Below, one piece after another: positions 7,657-15,584 of a stretch of 24,721 bases of DNA. How positions within the stretch are numbered: position 1 is the stretch's first letter; each line of letters begins with the position of its first letter. The stretch spans positions 1-24,721 of IMG/VR virus record IMGVR_UViG_3300048855_000111. One strand, written 5' to 3'. Position numbers and translations under genes: made by a program. Source of the stretch: a virus. Lineage: Duplodnaviria; Caudoviricetes. The notes under the pieces are model-generated. The model was not told the DNA's origin. It did no database searches and saw only the letters and a list, made by a program, of their open reading frames with translations.

Positions 7657-9297
7657 TCAGAGCTTCGATTTCGAGATCCGGTTGCGTTGAACCCGTTTCC
7701 ATATCTCTGGACGGCTGCTCTCAACCCCAGCACGCGCGTATGCGGTTAGTAGAGATCCCAACTTTTTGACGAAGACGCTTATCGACGGTGATTGGACGTC
7801 CTGCCTTATGATGTCAGCAGTCACGTAGCCGTGCATCGCATGAAGCCGACGGATGCATGCGATCAGGTCTTCCTCACTGTATCCGATCGCCGGCACGGGC
7901 GTCGTTCGAGGCCCTTTCTGTTCCCGTGGTTCCCCATTCCCCCGTGTCTTCGAGCGCTCCTGCCCAAGGCGCATGAGGCTCGACATCTCGTATGGAATGC
8001 CGGCGAGGCGATATGCCTCTGTCAATTTGCCAAAATGGAATCTGAAGGTGCTAACGCATGGGAGCGCAGGATCGGCGTTGATCAAGCGCTGGGTGACGTA
8101 GCCGCGCTGCTCATGCAGTTCGCGAAGGCGGCTCAGTAATTCATCCCTGTGAAGACGTGCATTCTGGGTTTTGGAGTGCCAGTACTCCTGGGGGGAGTAA
8201 CCGACCTGCTCATAGACAGTATGAATTGACCCAAACTGCTCAACGAGGGTTCCAGAGGTAGGAGTGTACGGGCACCTGTCGATTAGTTCGCACGTAAGAT
8301 AACCCTTTACGCGAAGCAGACGCGATACCGCCGACAGATTCTCGCTGGCCGGAACATTGTGCCGTCGAATTCGTAAGCGTTTCGCAGCGCTGTCAAATTG
8401 GGCTCGGCCGATTATCGGGTCAACCACCTTGGTCTTTATAAGAGCTTCAGGAGGGTTCTTGCGGGACTTGCTTTTCAACCGTTGCGTGGTGCGATTGAAC
8501 GTGTAGATCCCGAGCGCGAGCTCATCCGAAAGAACTCTTCTGACCATCGAATCGCTCCAGGCCGGTCTGTCGCCAGCTGGAATTCCTGTATCATTAAGAT
8601 GCTTGGCGATGCTTCGAAGGGTTTTTTGGTCGCGAGTATACCAAGCGAAGATGTCACGAATTATCTTGACCTCCTCGTCGGAACCGACGGCGTAGACGAC
8701 CCGGTGATCATTTAGAGCCTTAGTTTGACCACGTGAGAGCTTTTGGATCGGCTGGCCGTTTTCATCGACTAGAATGCGGTCGAAACCAAAACGCCTCGGG
8801 CCTCCCTGCTTATGGCCAATTTTCGCTTGAAGAAGGATAGCCTGGGAGATCTTTTCTGAAAGCTCTCTGCTGAACTCCGCAGCCTGCAAACGTTTAATCT
8901 GCTTCAGCAGCGCCATAATGGGCGTGCCATCATTGTCGAAGGGCTCCGAGCAGTAGATCACTGGGGCGCCAGCTTCGAAGCAAATGAACTCGTAGTGGCT
9001 GCCCTGATCTAGGTTCTGAAAGCGGCCCCATCGGCTTACATCCATGACTAGAACGCGATCAAATCCCCTCGATGGTCGAACAACGTCCGAAAGCAATGAT
9101 TGAAGGCCCGGCCTCTCGCGTAGAGTGAGCCCGCTCTCCCCGGGATCTGTGTAAGTCCGGACAATCGCTAATCCATGTTGCGCCGCATATGAGGATATGG
9201 CCCTCGCTTGGTTTCTGATTGAGTATCGTTGATGGTCGGTCGACATGCGAAGATACTGTGCCGCAGGGATCAAGGCACAGTCCTGAAAGCTAGACAT
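7657..9297 (-). CDS. Large serine recombinase (resolvase plus recombinase domains) with three C-terminal helical repeats
   Basis: AAQYLRMSTDHQ catalytic Ser motif, ESG...RPGLQ, DVSRWGR, recombinase domain (FGF...LRSIAKHLN...W...VRRVL..E...G); GGAGAGG RBS before the ATG at 9297. Confidence 0.92.
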   Translation of the reverse strand: MSSFQDCALIPAAQYLRMSTDHQRYSIRNQARAISSYAAQHGLAIVRTYTDPGESGLTLRERPGLQSLLSDVVRPSRGFDRVLVMDVSRWGRFQNLDQGSHYEFICFEAGAPVIYCSEPFDNDGTPIMALLKQIKRLQAAEFSRELSEKISQAILLQAKIGHKQGGPRRFGFDRILVDENGQPIQKLSRGQTKALNDHRVVYAVGSDEEVKIIRDIFAWYTRDQKTLRSIAKHLNDTGIPAGDRPAWSDSMVRRVLSDELALGIYTFNRTTQRLKSKSRKNPPEALIKTKVVDPIIGRAQFDSAAKRLRIRRHNVPASENLSAVSRLLRVKGYLTCELIDRCPYTPTSGTLVEQFGSIHTVYEQVGYSPQEYWHSKTQNARLHRDELLSRLRELHEQRGYVTQRLINADPALPCVSTFRFHFGKLTEAYRLAGIPYEMSSLMRLGQERSKTRGNGEPREQKGPRTTPVPAIGYSEEDLIACIRRLHAMHGYVTADIIRQDVQSPSISVFVKKLGSLLTAYARAGVESSRPEIWKRVQRNRISKSKL

Positions 9298-9357
9298 GGC
9301 TGCCTCTCCTTCCTCAGAAGGGGCAAGATACCATAGAAGCACAACCCGAGACAGCGT

Positions 9358-9523
9358 GAGAGCCGCAACCTTCCTGGTGCGGCTCTACTTGGTAACGACA
9401 CACCGAAGCGCCTCGACCGGTTGCTGCCGGCGTGTCAGTGCGTCGGCGTAGAAGCGGTCGCCACCAGCGGCACCGGCGCAGCCGCTGCCGCCATAACAAC
9501 CGGCACGTCCTCGCCGATGAAGC
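9358..9523 (-). repeat. Diverged direct repeat, copy 2
   Basis: Matches 6045-6210; includes hairpin AGAGCCGCA-N10-TGCGGCTCT (9359-9386). Confidence 0.85.
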
Positions 9524-10034
9524 CGGCCACCGCAGCACCCATCGGTATCTGCGCGCTTGTGCCCGTCATCAGGAAGCCCGCGACTGGAACGAGGACGATC
9601 GCACCAACCACACCCGCCGTCCCGGTTACGCCCTTGTCGTCGAACGTGCCTGTCATGCGGATCTGCCGACCGTTGACCGTGACGTAGAGCATCTGTGCCG
9701 TCAGGTGGCCGGACTTGCCCCACATGCCCTTGTTGCGAACTTCGGTGATCTCGCCGACGGCGGTAGCGCCTGCCGGAATGACGACCTGGCCGTCCACCAA
9801 CACGGCCTCAGCAACCTCCATGTTGAAGTGCTGACCGACCCGCAGCTTCTTCCCCTTGGTGGTCAGCTCTTCGCTGGTCTTCAGCGCCACCTTCGTGCCG
9901 GTCCGCAGAACGGCATCGCTCGAAGCACCTAACACGAGCGGCGTGCTCGCCTGCGGCGCCGGAACTGCCTGTGCAAATGCGCCAGACGCGCAAAGAAGTA
10001 GCGCGCCAGCAAGCGCGCACGAACCCCTGTTCAT
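9435..10034 (-). CDS. Exported hypothetical protein (signal peptide; beta-rich, loosely TrbI/VirB10-like motif)
   Basis: Signal peptide ending AFA-Q; VLVDGQVVIPAGATAVGEI motif; hydrophobic Gly-rich segment near the C-terminus. Confidence 0.8.
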   Translation of the reverse strand: MNRGSCALAGALLLCASGAFAQAVPAPQASTPLVLGASSDAVLRTGTKVALKTSEELTTKGKKLRVGQHFNMEVAEAVLVDGQVVIPAGATAVGEITEVRNKGMWGKSGHLTAQMLYVTVNGRQIRMTGTFDDKGVTGTAGVVGAIVLVPVAGFLMTGTSAQIPMGAAVAGFIGEDVPVVMAAAAAPVPLVATASTPTH

Positions 10035-10293
10035 TCAATAAGCCCCCGTAGAATCGAGCGCACCCCCGTGCGCTGATGCGACAGGAGACACGACAACTAC
10101 GCACTCAAGTCAAGGCGTACGGTTAGTTGTGGTGTTCGTGCCCTGGATAAGTCGCCCTAGTCATCAATTTGCAACAATGCGCTGAGCCATACAACCGCGG
10201 CCGAATACATAATCGCGAAACTTCAGAGGGCCGGCCACCCTCACGTCTTCGTATTGCGCCGCCCTGGCGACGAGGGAAAATTCAGTTACGAAT

Positions 10294-10318
10294 GCAACAT
10301 GTTGGCTCTGCCACCGTT
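10294..10318 (+). promoter_or_regulatory. ECF (EcfG-like) promoter candidate
   Basis: GCAAC-N16-CGTT, 45 nt upstream of the ATG at 10364. Confidence 0.4.
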
Positions 10319-10363
10319 CAGAACGCGGCGCCGGATTGTTGCGTCGCAGCAGGAAAGCGACGC

Positions 10364-10534
10364 ATGCGCCAAAAACCGAGCTCGCTGGCGAAGCTGATCT
10401 GCGTCCTGATCATCGCCGCGGCGATCATGACAGTTTGGGCGATCGCGCGGTCCTTTGATGCGCAACCCACAACGACGCCCGCTGCCAGCCAGTCCCTTCC
10501 GGAACAGGCGGCACATGGAAGCCAGACGAGATGA
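10364..10534 (+). CDS. Small single-pass membrane protein (56 aa)
   Basis: AGGAAAG RBS; MRQKPSSLAKLICVLIIAAAIMTVWAIARS contains one TM helix. Confidence 0.5.
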   Translation: MRQKPSSLAKLICVLIIAAAIMTVWAIARSFDAQPTTTPAASQSLPEQAAHGSQTR

Positions 10535-10552
10535 TGCGGGTTCCTCCGCGCA

Positions 10553-11350
10553 TCAGCCAGCAGCCTGGGCCGCTGCTTGGATGTCCTCCTCACTGTACAC
10601 GCGGTACGCCCGTCCGACGCAATCCGGCCAGGCGTTGATCGCGTCCAGGAGGAACCGCTTCGCCTTCCGGTTGTGGACCCCGTACCGCTTGGCAGCGACC
10701 GTATAGCCGATCGGGTCGCCAACGATCATGTCCAGCACCATCTGCCGCGGTTGCGGCAGGTCCTCCCGCCAGTAGCCATACGCCAGGTGCAGCCGCACGC
10801 GCCGCACGCTCTCCCCAACTAGCCCGCCGCACTGACGCGACGTGTCCACCCGCGCCTCGAAGCTCGCCACCTTCAGCGCAACGTCAGCCTCCAGGCTGCG
10901 GTAGACGTTGGCGATCTGGGCCGCCCACTCCAGCTGCTCTTTGTCGATCGTGCCATTGCGCTCGAGCTGGATCAGCGCGTCGGCATGGGTGCGCTCCGCA
11001 TGGTGGTGGGTCTCAGGAGTGCCGGTCTGCTTGTGCGACCAGGCCTCCTTAAGCTTCATCGCTTCTTCCAGTCCGGGCTCAAGCTCCGCACCAGCCGCGA
11101 GCTGACGCTTGCGTTCCAGCTTCCACTCGGCGCGAGGCATGCCGGCTGGCTTCACCGGGACAGGCTTCGGTCGCGGCTTCCCCAGCACCAGGTGATCGAC
11201 CCGCTGGCGCTCACGCTTCCGTGCAGCCGCCAGGCGCGCCATCCGCAGGTTGAACGCCGTGACGCTGGAAGGATCGGCAGCATAGCGCTCGGCCAGCTCC
11301 TGGCGCGCTCGGGCGATGCGCTCCGCGCGGGTCTCGTTGATCTCACTCAT
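10553..11350 (-). CDS. Putative late-gene regulator/antiterminator (Q position; DUF6456-like)
   Basis: Last gene of the early operon; ATG at 11350; C-terminal sigma4-like HTH (YTVAAKRYGVHNRKAKRFLLDAI). Function inferred from position. Confidence 0.6.
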   Translation of the reverse strand: MSEINETRAERIARARQELAERYAADPSSVTAFNLRMARLAAARKRERQRVDHLVLGKPRPKPVPVKPAGMPRAEWKLERKRQLAAGAELEPGLEEAMKLKEAWSHKQTGTPETHHHAERTHADALIQLERNGTIDKEQLEWAAQIANVYRSLEADVALKVASFEARVDTSRQCGGLVGESVRRVRLHLAYGYWREDLPQPRQMVLDMIVGDPIGYTVAAKRYGVHNRKAKRFLLDAINAWPDCVGRAYRVYSEEDIQAAAQAAG

Positions 11351-11823
11351 GCAGCCACCCCCACAGCGGCGCTGAACTCGCCGCTCCAATCGTCTTCCAA
11401 GGTCACCGGCCGTCCGTCGGCAGCCCACCCAAGGAACGATGCCCAGGCAGGCGCGTAGTGCCGGTCCCTGCCCGGCATCCGGGCGCAAGAGGACGACAGA
11501 TGAAGATCACCAGAATCATTGCCGCGGCCGGTCTCATGGTCGCTGCGCTCGGTGCCGGCACGAGCGCAGAGGCACAGCGCCACAACGGTGACCGCGACAA
11601 TGGCCGCTACGAGCAGCGCGACGATCGCGGGCACCACTACGGCCGCAACGATCGCCGTCGTCACCACGCCCAGAACGACCGCCGTCGCCACCAGGCCCGT
11701 AACCACCACCAGCGCTGCCGCACCGTGTGGCGTGATCACCGTCGCGTGCAGGTCTGCCGCTAAGCTTAACCCGGCGGGGCGGTGATGATGGTCGCCCTGC
11801 CCTACCTTCCTGGGGATCATCAT
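11347..11823 (-). CDS. Possible 'bridge' ORF (158 aa) antisense to the 11500-11763 gene
   Basis: ATGA overlaps at both ends (11820-11823, 11347-11350); GGGGAGGGG upstream of the start. Confidence 0.4.
   Translation of the reverse strand: MMIPRKVGQGDHHHRPAGLSLAADLHATVITPHGAAALVVVTGLVATAVVLGVVTTAIVAAVVVPAIVALLVAAIVAVTVVALCLCARAGTERSDHETGRGNDSGDLHLSSSCARMPGRDRHYAPAWASFLGWAADGRPVTLEDDWSGEFSAAVGVAA
11433..11457 (+). promoter_or_regulatory. EcfG-type promoter candidate
   Basis: GGAAC-N16-CGTA upstream of the ATG at 11500. Confidence 0.45.
11500..11763 (+). CDS. Small secreted Arg/His/Asp-rich protein (moron)
   Basis: AGAGGA RBS; signal peptide MKITRIIAAAGLMVAALGAGTSAEA-Q; NDRRRHH repeats; C-terminal C-x12-C pair. 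Confidence 0.8.
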   Translation: MKITRIIAAAGLMVAALGAGTSAEAQRHNGDRDNGRYEQRDDRGHHYGRNDRRRHHAQNDRRRHQARNHHQRCRTVWRDHRRVQVCR

Positions 11824-12692
11824 CGCCCCTCCCCAGCAGCGACCCGCGGTGGTCCCGCCATGTCCATCCGCCGGTATCGTTCGGCAGTCGCCCGGCTGAT
11901 CGCGAGAGCCTCATCCGCGTCGGCAGCCTGCGTGTGGCGTCGTCCCTCGATCCATGAGACCGGGTCGCTCTTCCCGGCAGCGCTGGCGATCGCCTCCCGG
12001 GTCCACGGGTCGCCCCGTTCCTTCCTCCATTTCGCGATGCAGGCTCGGGCGTTGCGATCTCGCATGCCGGTCCCGACCAGCAGCGCCACCCCGGCGTCGA
12101 ACAGCGCCTTGGCTGGATCGACCGGCCGAGTTTTCGGCACATCTTCGGGAACACCCGGAGGCGGCGCGGAAGCGCCCGTAGCGTTAGCTACGGAATAACT
12201 ACTGTCCCGTCTCGTCACGTCAGCGGGGACATCCGCGTCGCGTCCCTGTTCTGTCCGCGTCATGTCCCGCGGGACGTCCCCGTCTTGTCCCCCGCTCTGT
12301 CCCTTCTTTTTCTCGCGCCACTGCGCCTTCCGTTCGCGTTCCTTGACGCGCTTGTCCCACGCCACGAGCGCCTGCTGGGCAAGGGTTGGATGGTACAGGC
12401 GCCCATCACTGCACTTCACGAAGCCGTGCAGCGCGCGCTCCCTGAGCTTCTTCCAGGTCTTCGTGTCGCGACCGAGATCCGCCAAGCGGCACAGCGCCAC
12501 ATCGTCGTCCGGCAGGGATGCAGCCGGACACTGCGTCCACGCCGCCCACCAGAGCGTCAGCCCTGCGCGCCATTCGCTATCGTTCGCCATCGCGTCGAAC
12601 TCGCTACCGAACAGGCGCTGTCCGAGCAGCGGCATGTATTCGAGCCCGCGCAGATCGCAGTCGGGCGGCGTCATCGGTTCGGGAATGCTCAC
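11820..12692 (-). CDS. Phage replication initiator, DUF1376/YdaU-like
   Basis: GTG at 12692 overlaps the dnaB stop; DCDLRGLEYMPL...LWWAAW.Q.PAASLPDDD..L..LA...GFVKCSDGRLYHP; internal repeats. Confidence 0.75.
   Translation of the reverse strand: MSIPEPMTPPDCDLRGLEYMPLLGQRLFGSEFDAMANDSEWRAGLTLWWAAWTQCPAASLPDDDVALCRLADLGRDTKTWKKLRERALHGFVKCSDGRLYHPTLAQQALVAWDKRVKERERKAQWREKKKGQSGGQDGDVPRDMTRTEQGRDADVPADVTRRDSSYSVANATGASAPPPGVPEDVPKTRPVDPAKALFDAGVALLVGTGMRDRNARACIAKWRKERGDPWTREAIASAAGKSDPVSWIEGRRHTQAADADEALAISRATAERYRRMDMAGPPRVAAGEGR
12176..12303. repeat. Putative phage replication origin (iteron-like GTCCC repeats plus inverted repeat)
   Basis: Cluster of (T/C)GTCCC and GGGAC motifs at 12203-12303, including palindrome GTCCCGCGGGAC; adjacent CCGTAGC-GTTA-GCTACGG and a short AT-rich patch. 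Confidence 0.6.
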
Positions 12693-14119
12693 CGGCCTGC
12701 TCCATTCTGATAGAAGTCGCTGCCGCGGACAGCGGCGTTCGCGCCGAAGAACCAGCCCATGGCCTTGCCAGTCGGGCCGCTCCTGCGCTTGGCGACGATG
12801 AATTCGATCTTGTTGCGCACCGCTTCCATGTCGGTGCGCCAAGCCTCGTACTTGGGGCCGAACTGGTCCTCAGGCTCTGCGCGGCGGAGATATTCCTCTT
12901 CCCTGTAGACGAAGAGGATCACGTCCGCGTCCTGTTCGATCTGGCCGCTGTCGCGCAGATCCGAGGGCATCGGCCGCTTGTCTGGCCGGCGCTCGAGCTC
13001 GCGGCTCAGCTGCGCGACCGCCATCACGGTCAGATCCTCAGCCTTCGCGAACGCCTTCAGCCCGGTGCTGACCTCCGAGGCATGCTCGTAGGGCGACATG
13101 CCCTTGCGGCTGTGCTCCATCAGCTGGAGGTAATCGACGACGACAAGCTCCAGACGCTGCCCCTTGGCAGCAAGCCGGCGCTTATGGGTACGCGCTTGGC
13201 GCACGAGCTTCGCAAGGGTCAGCCCGCCCGTCTCGTTGATCTCCAGGGGCATGGCATCCAGCCGCTTCTTCGCGGCGAGTACCGCTGGCAGGTCGGCTTG
13301 TGTCACGGTCCCATCGCGGACGGCCTCATAGGGCACGCTCGCATCCACCGAGCAGCACATGTCCGCCAGCATCCGGCGTGTCAGCTCGTCCGCGCTCATC
13401 TCCAGCGAGAAGATGAGGACGCCATGCCCACGCATGGCTGCGCCGATTGAATAGGAGGTGACGGCCGACGTCTTGCCCATGCCCGGACGCCCACCGACGA
13501 CCACCATGTTCGTCGGCCGCAGCACGCCCATCTTGTCATCGAGAGAGCCAATGATGCCGCAGCGCACCCCCACGATCGGCTTGCCGAAGCTGTCGATCAC
13601 AGCCTGGGCGTAGCTGCCGACCGTGTCCTGCTGGGTGACCACCTGGTCCGCCATCTCCGCCACGGCTTCGTCCGCCTGCGCGAGCAGCTCCTCGCGCGTG
13701 ACATCGAGGTTCCGCGCGGAGACGACCACATCCTGCAGGCCAGCCGTCATGCGCCGCCGCTGCGACAGCATCCTGATCTGGTCGAAATAGCCCTTCGTCC
13801 GCGCTAGCGGCCCGGAGTTCATCGCAGCCGCGGCCAACACGGCACGGGCGCGCGGCCACTCGTCCTCGGTCGCGAAGAACGGCGCCAGCGTGATCGCGTC
13901 GATCGCCGCGCCGGCGGCCGACATCTCCAGCATGCGGGCGTAGATCTGCCCGTAGAGCGGGACGGAGAAGTCGCTCGCGCGGAGACCGCCGTCGGCTGTG
14001 AGATCGATGCGCCTGGGATCGTCGATCAGGTCCCCCAACAGGCTAATCTCGGCTTCAGCGTTGTGCAGCGGGCTCACCGTGTCGGCGACCGCGATCTGCT
14101 GGTCAAAGGCGCCAGTCAT
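12689..14119 (-). CDS. dnaB: Replicative DNA helicase, DnaB family (phage copy)
   Basis: GGRPGMGKT Walker A, FSLEMS, VVVDYLQL, AQLSRELERRPDKRPMPSDLRDSGQIEQDAD. Confidence 0.95.
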   Translation of the reverse strand: MTGAFDQQIAVADTVSPLHNAEAEISLLGDLIDDPRRIDLTADGGLRASDFSVPLYGQIYARMLEMSAAGAAIDAITLAPFFATEDEWPRARAVLAAAAMNSGPLARTKGYFDQIRMLSQRRRMTAGLQDVVVSARNLDVTREELLAQADEAVAEMADQVVTQQDTVGSYAQAVIDSFGKPIVGVRCGIIGSLDDKMGVLRPTNMVVVGGRPGMGKTSAVTSYSIGAAMRGHGVLIFSLEMSADELTRRMLADMCCSVDASVPYEAVRDGTVTQADLPAVLAAKKRLDAMPLEINETGGLTLAKLVRQARTHKRRLAAKGQRLELVVVDYLQLMEHSRKGMSPYEHASEVSTGLKAFAKAEDLTVMAVAQLSRELERRPDKRPMPSDLRDSGQIEQDADVILFVYREEEYLRRAEPEDQFGPKYEAWRTDMEAVRNKIEFIVAKRRSGPTGKAMGWFFGANAAVRGSDFYQNGAGR

Positions 14120-15111
14120 GCGCGGATCCCCCGCAGCTGATCGTTCCAGTCCTTGAAGCCCTCGGCTGGCCAGATCGTCCGGACCGCGAACCCGCGCTGA
14201 GTGATGCCCGGGATCGCCTTCGCGACAGCCGCACGGCCCGCGGCGTCATTCTACCCGGCGATGCACACCGATCGCGTCCCGAGGGGATACTCGATGAACG
14301 GCATCATTGCCGTGCCGAGCGCCACCCACACCTCGCGGTCAGGCATCTCCTGCGCGAGGCTGAGCCCATCCTCCGGGCCTTCGGTCACGATGATCTCGGC
14401 CGGTGCAGGCCCCTGCCCGTTGCTCAGCTTGAGCGCGCCGCCCCTGATCCGTCCGAGGCTACGCTTAGGCTTCTGCATGGCGGCTTTCGCCGTCCCGCCT
14501 TTGGCGAGGAAGATGCGCTGCAGCCCAATGATCCCGGTTGGGTCCGTCACCGCCCCCACCAGCGCCGGCAGGTCGGGTCCGCAGGTCCCGTCCTCTTCAT
14601 CGTACCAAGCGGGCGTCATCGCGAAGCGGATCGACGGCGGCAGCGGCATCGTGATGCCCCGCGAGCGCGCGTAAACCTCAGCAGGCGTCCCCGCCGCTGG
14701 CACTGCCGACGCCCAGACGTCCCCCGCCCGGCCGATCGCCCGCTGCCGGTCCCGCTCGTCTTCCTCGGCGGCCTGGACGCGTGCAGCCGGATCAACAGCC
14801 GGCAGACCAGCCGCGCCAAGCCAGCGCATCGCCTCCATGAAGCCGAGACCCTCGGTTTCACGCACGAGCTTCACGATGTCGCCGGACGCACCGCAGCCGA
14901 AGCAGTGGTAGATGCCCTTGGCGTCATTGAGCCGCATCGAGGGCGTGCGTTCCTTGTGGAAGAGGCACAGCGCGACCAGCTCGCGATCGGCGCGGACGAC
15001 CTTCGTCCGCCGACGCACGATGTCGCTGATGTTGTGCCGCTCCTTCGCCTCGTCGACCAGGCGTCGCAACTCCGCATCGTCGATGCGCCCCCTGCCCTGC
15101 CCGGCGCTCAT
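14116..15111 (-). pseudogene. DNA primase (CHC2 zinc finger plus TOPRIM) interrupted by an in-frame TAG at 14251-14253
   Basis: CLFHKERTPS...HCFGCGASGD and TEGPEDGLS motifs; after the TAG the frame continues NDAAGRAA...KDWNDQLRGIRA* to a TGA overlapping the dnaB ATG. Confidence 0.88.
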
Positions 15112-15584
15112 GTCGTGCGCCTCGCGTGCTCGGCCGCGATCATGTCGAGCCACATGCCGGTGATCCGGTGGACGCGGCGGATCAGCACCTCCTGCGGCTC
15201 GATTTCCGTGACGGTGGTTTCACCGTCGAGCTCGGCAGCGATGATCGCCGGCAGCAGCTGCGACAGGGTGAGCGAGGCATGCGCCTCGTCACCGGTGCAC
15301 ACGGCGCCCGCGTCGGCCCAGCGGCCACCAACCAGCGCCAGGAGGGGATCGGCAAACCTTCCCTTCCACTCACGACACCCGCGCAGGAACGTCGGCAGGT
15401 CCATAGGTGACGTGCCGGCGCCGTAAACCGCGCCGCGGTCCTCGGACTTGCCGAGCACCTCGCCAATGTCCTTCCAGGTAGCAGCGTCGTCGTTCTTGAT
15501 GTCAGTCAGCACGGAGCCCTGCACCTCGACCGCGCGAGACGCGGAAAACGTGCGGCGGGGCGCGTGGAAATGCGGCGCGTTCAT
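15108..15584 (-). CDS. Phage regulatory protein, CII-like
   Basis: Lies between cro and the replication genes; HTH-like TWKDIGEVLGKSED; C-terminal AELDGETT..E; ATGA-coupled to the primase. Confidence 0.6.
   Translation of the reverse strand: MNAPHFHAPRRTFSASRAVEVQGSVLTDIKNDDAATWKDIGEVLGKSEDRGAVYGAGTSPMDLPTFLRGCREWKGRFADPLLALVGGRWADAGAVCTGDEAHASLTLSQLLPAIIAAELDGETTVTEIEPQEVLIRRVHRITGMWLDMIAAEHARRTT

Larger units (their letters stand above)
6209..9521. mobile_element. Putative serine-recombinase integrative element nested in the prophage (~3.3 kb)
   Basis: Recombinase, SGNH gene and a gene relic lie between diverged direct repeats offset by 3313 bp. Confidence 0.5.

Noticed and set aside
3720-10299. 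11-bp direct repeat CGAATGCAACA at 3720 and 10289 flanking the cargo block
   Set aside because: Exact 11-mers recur by chance many times in 25 kb, so it is not enough to call a target-site duplication.
12518-13450. 310-aa plus-strand ORF
   Set aside because: Shadow of dnaB.
14251-14253. Phage-wide TAG recoding
   Set aside because: terL, terS and other genes end in TAG at sensible positions, and no suppressor tRNA is in the window.
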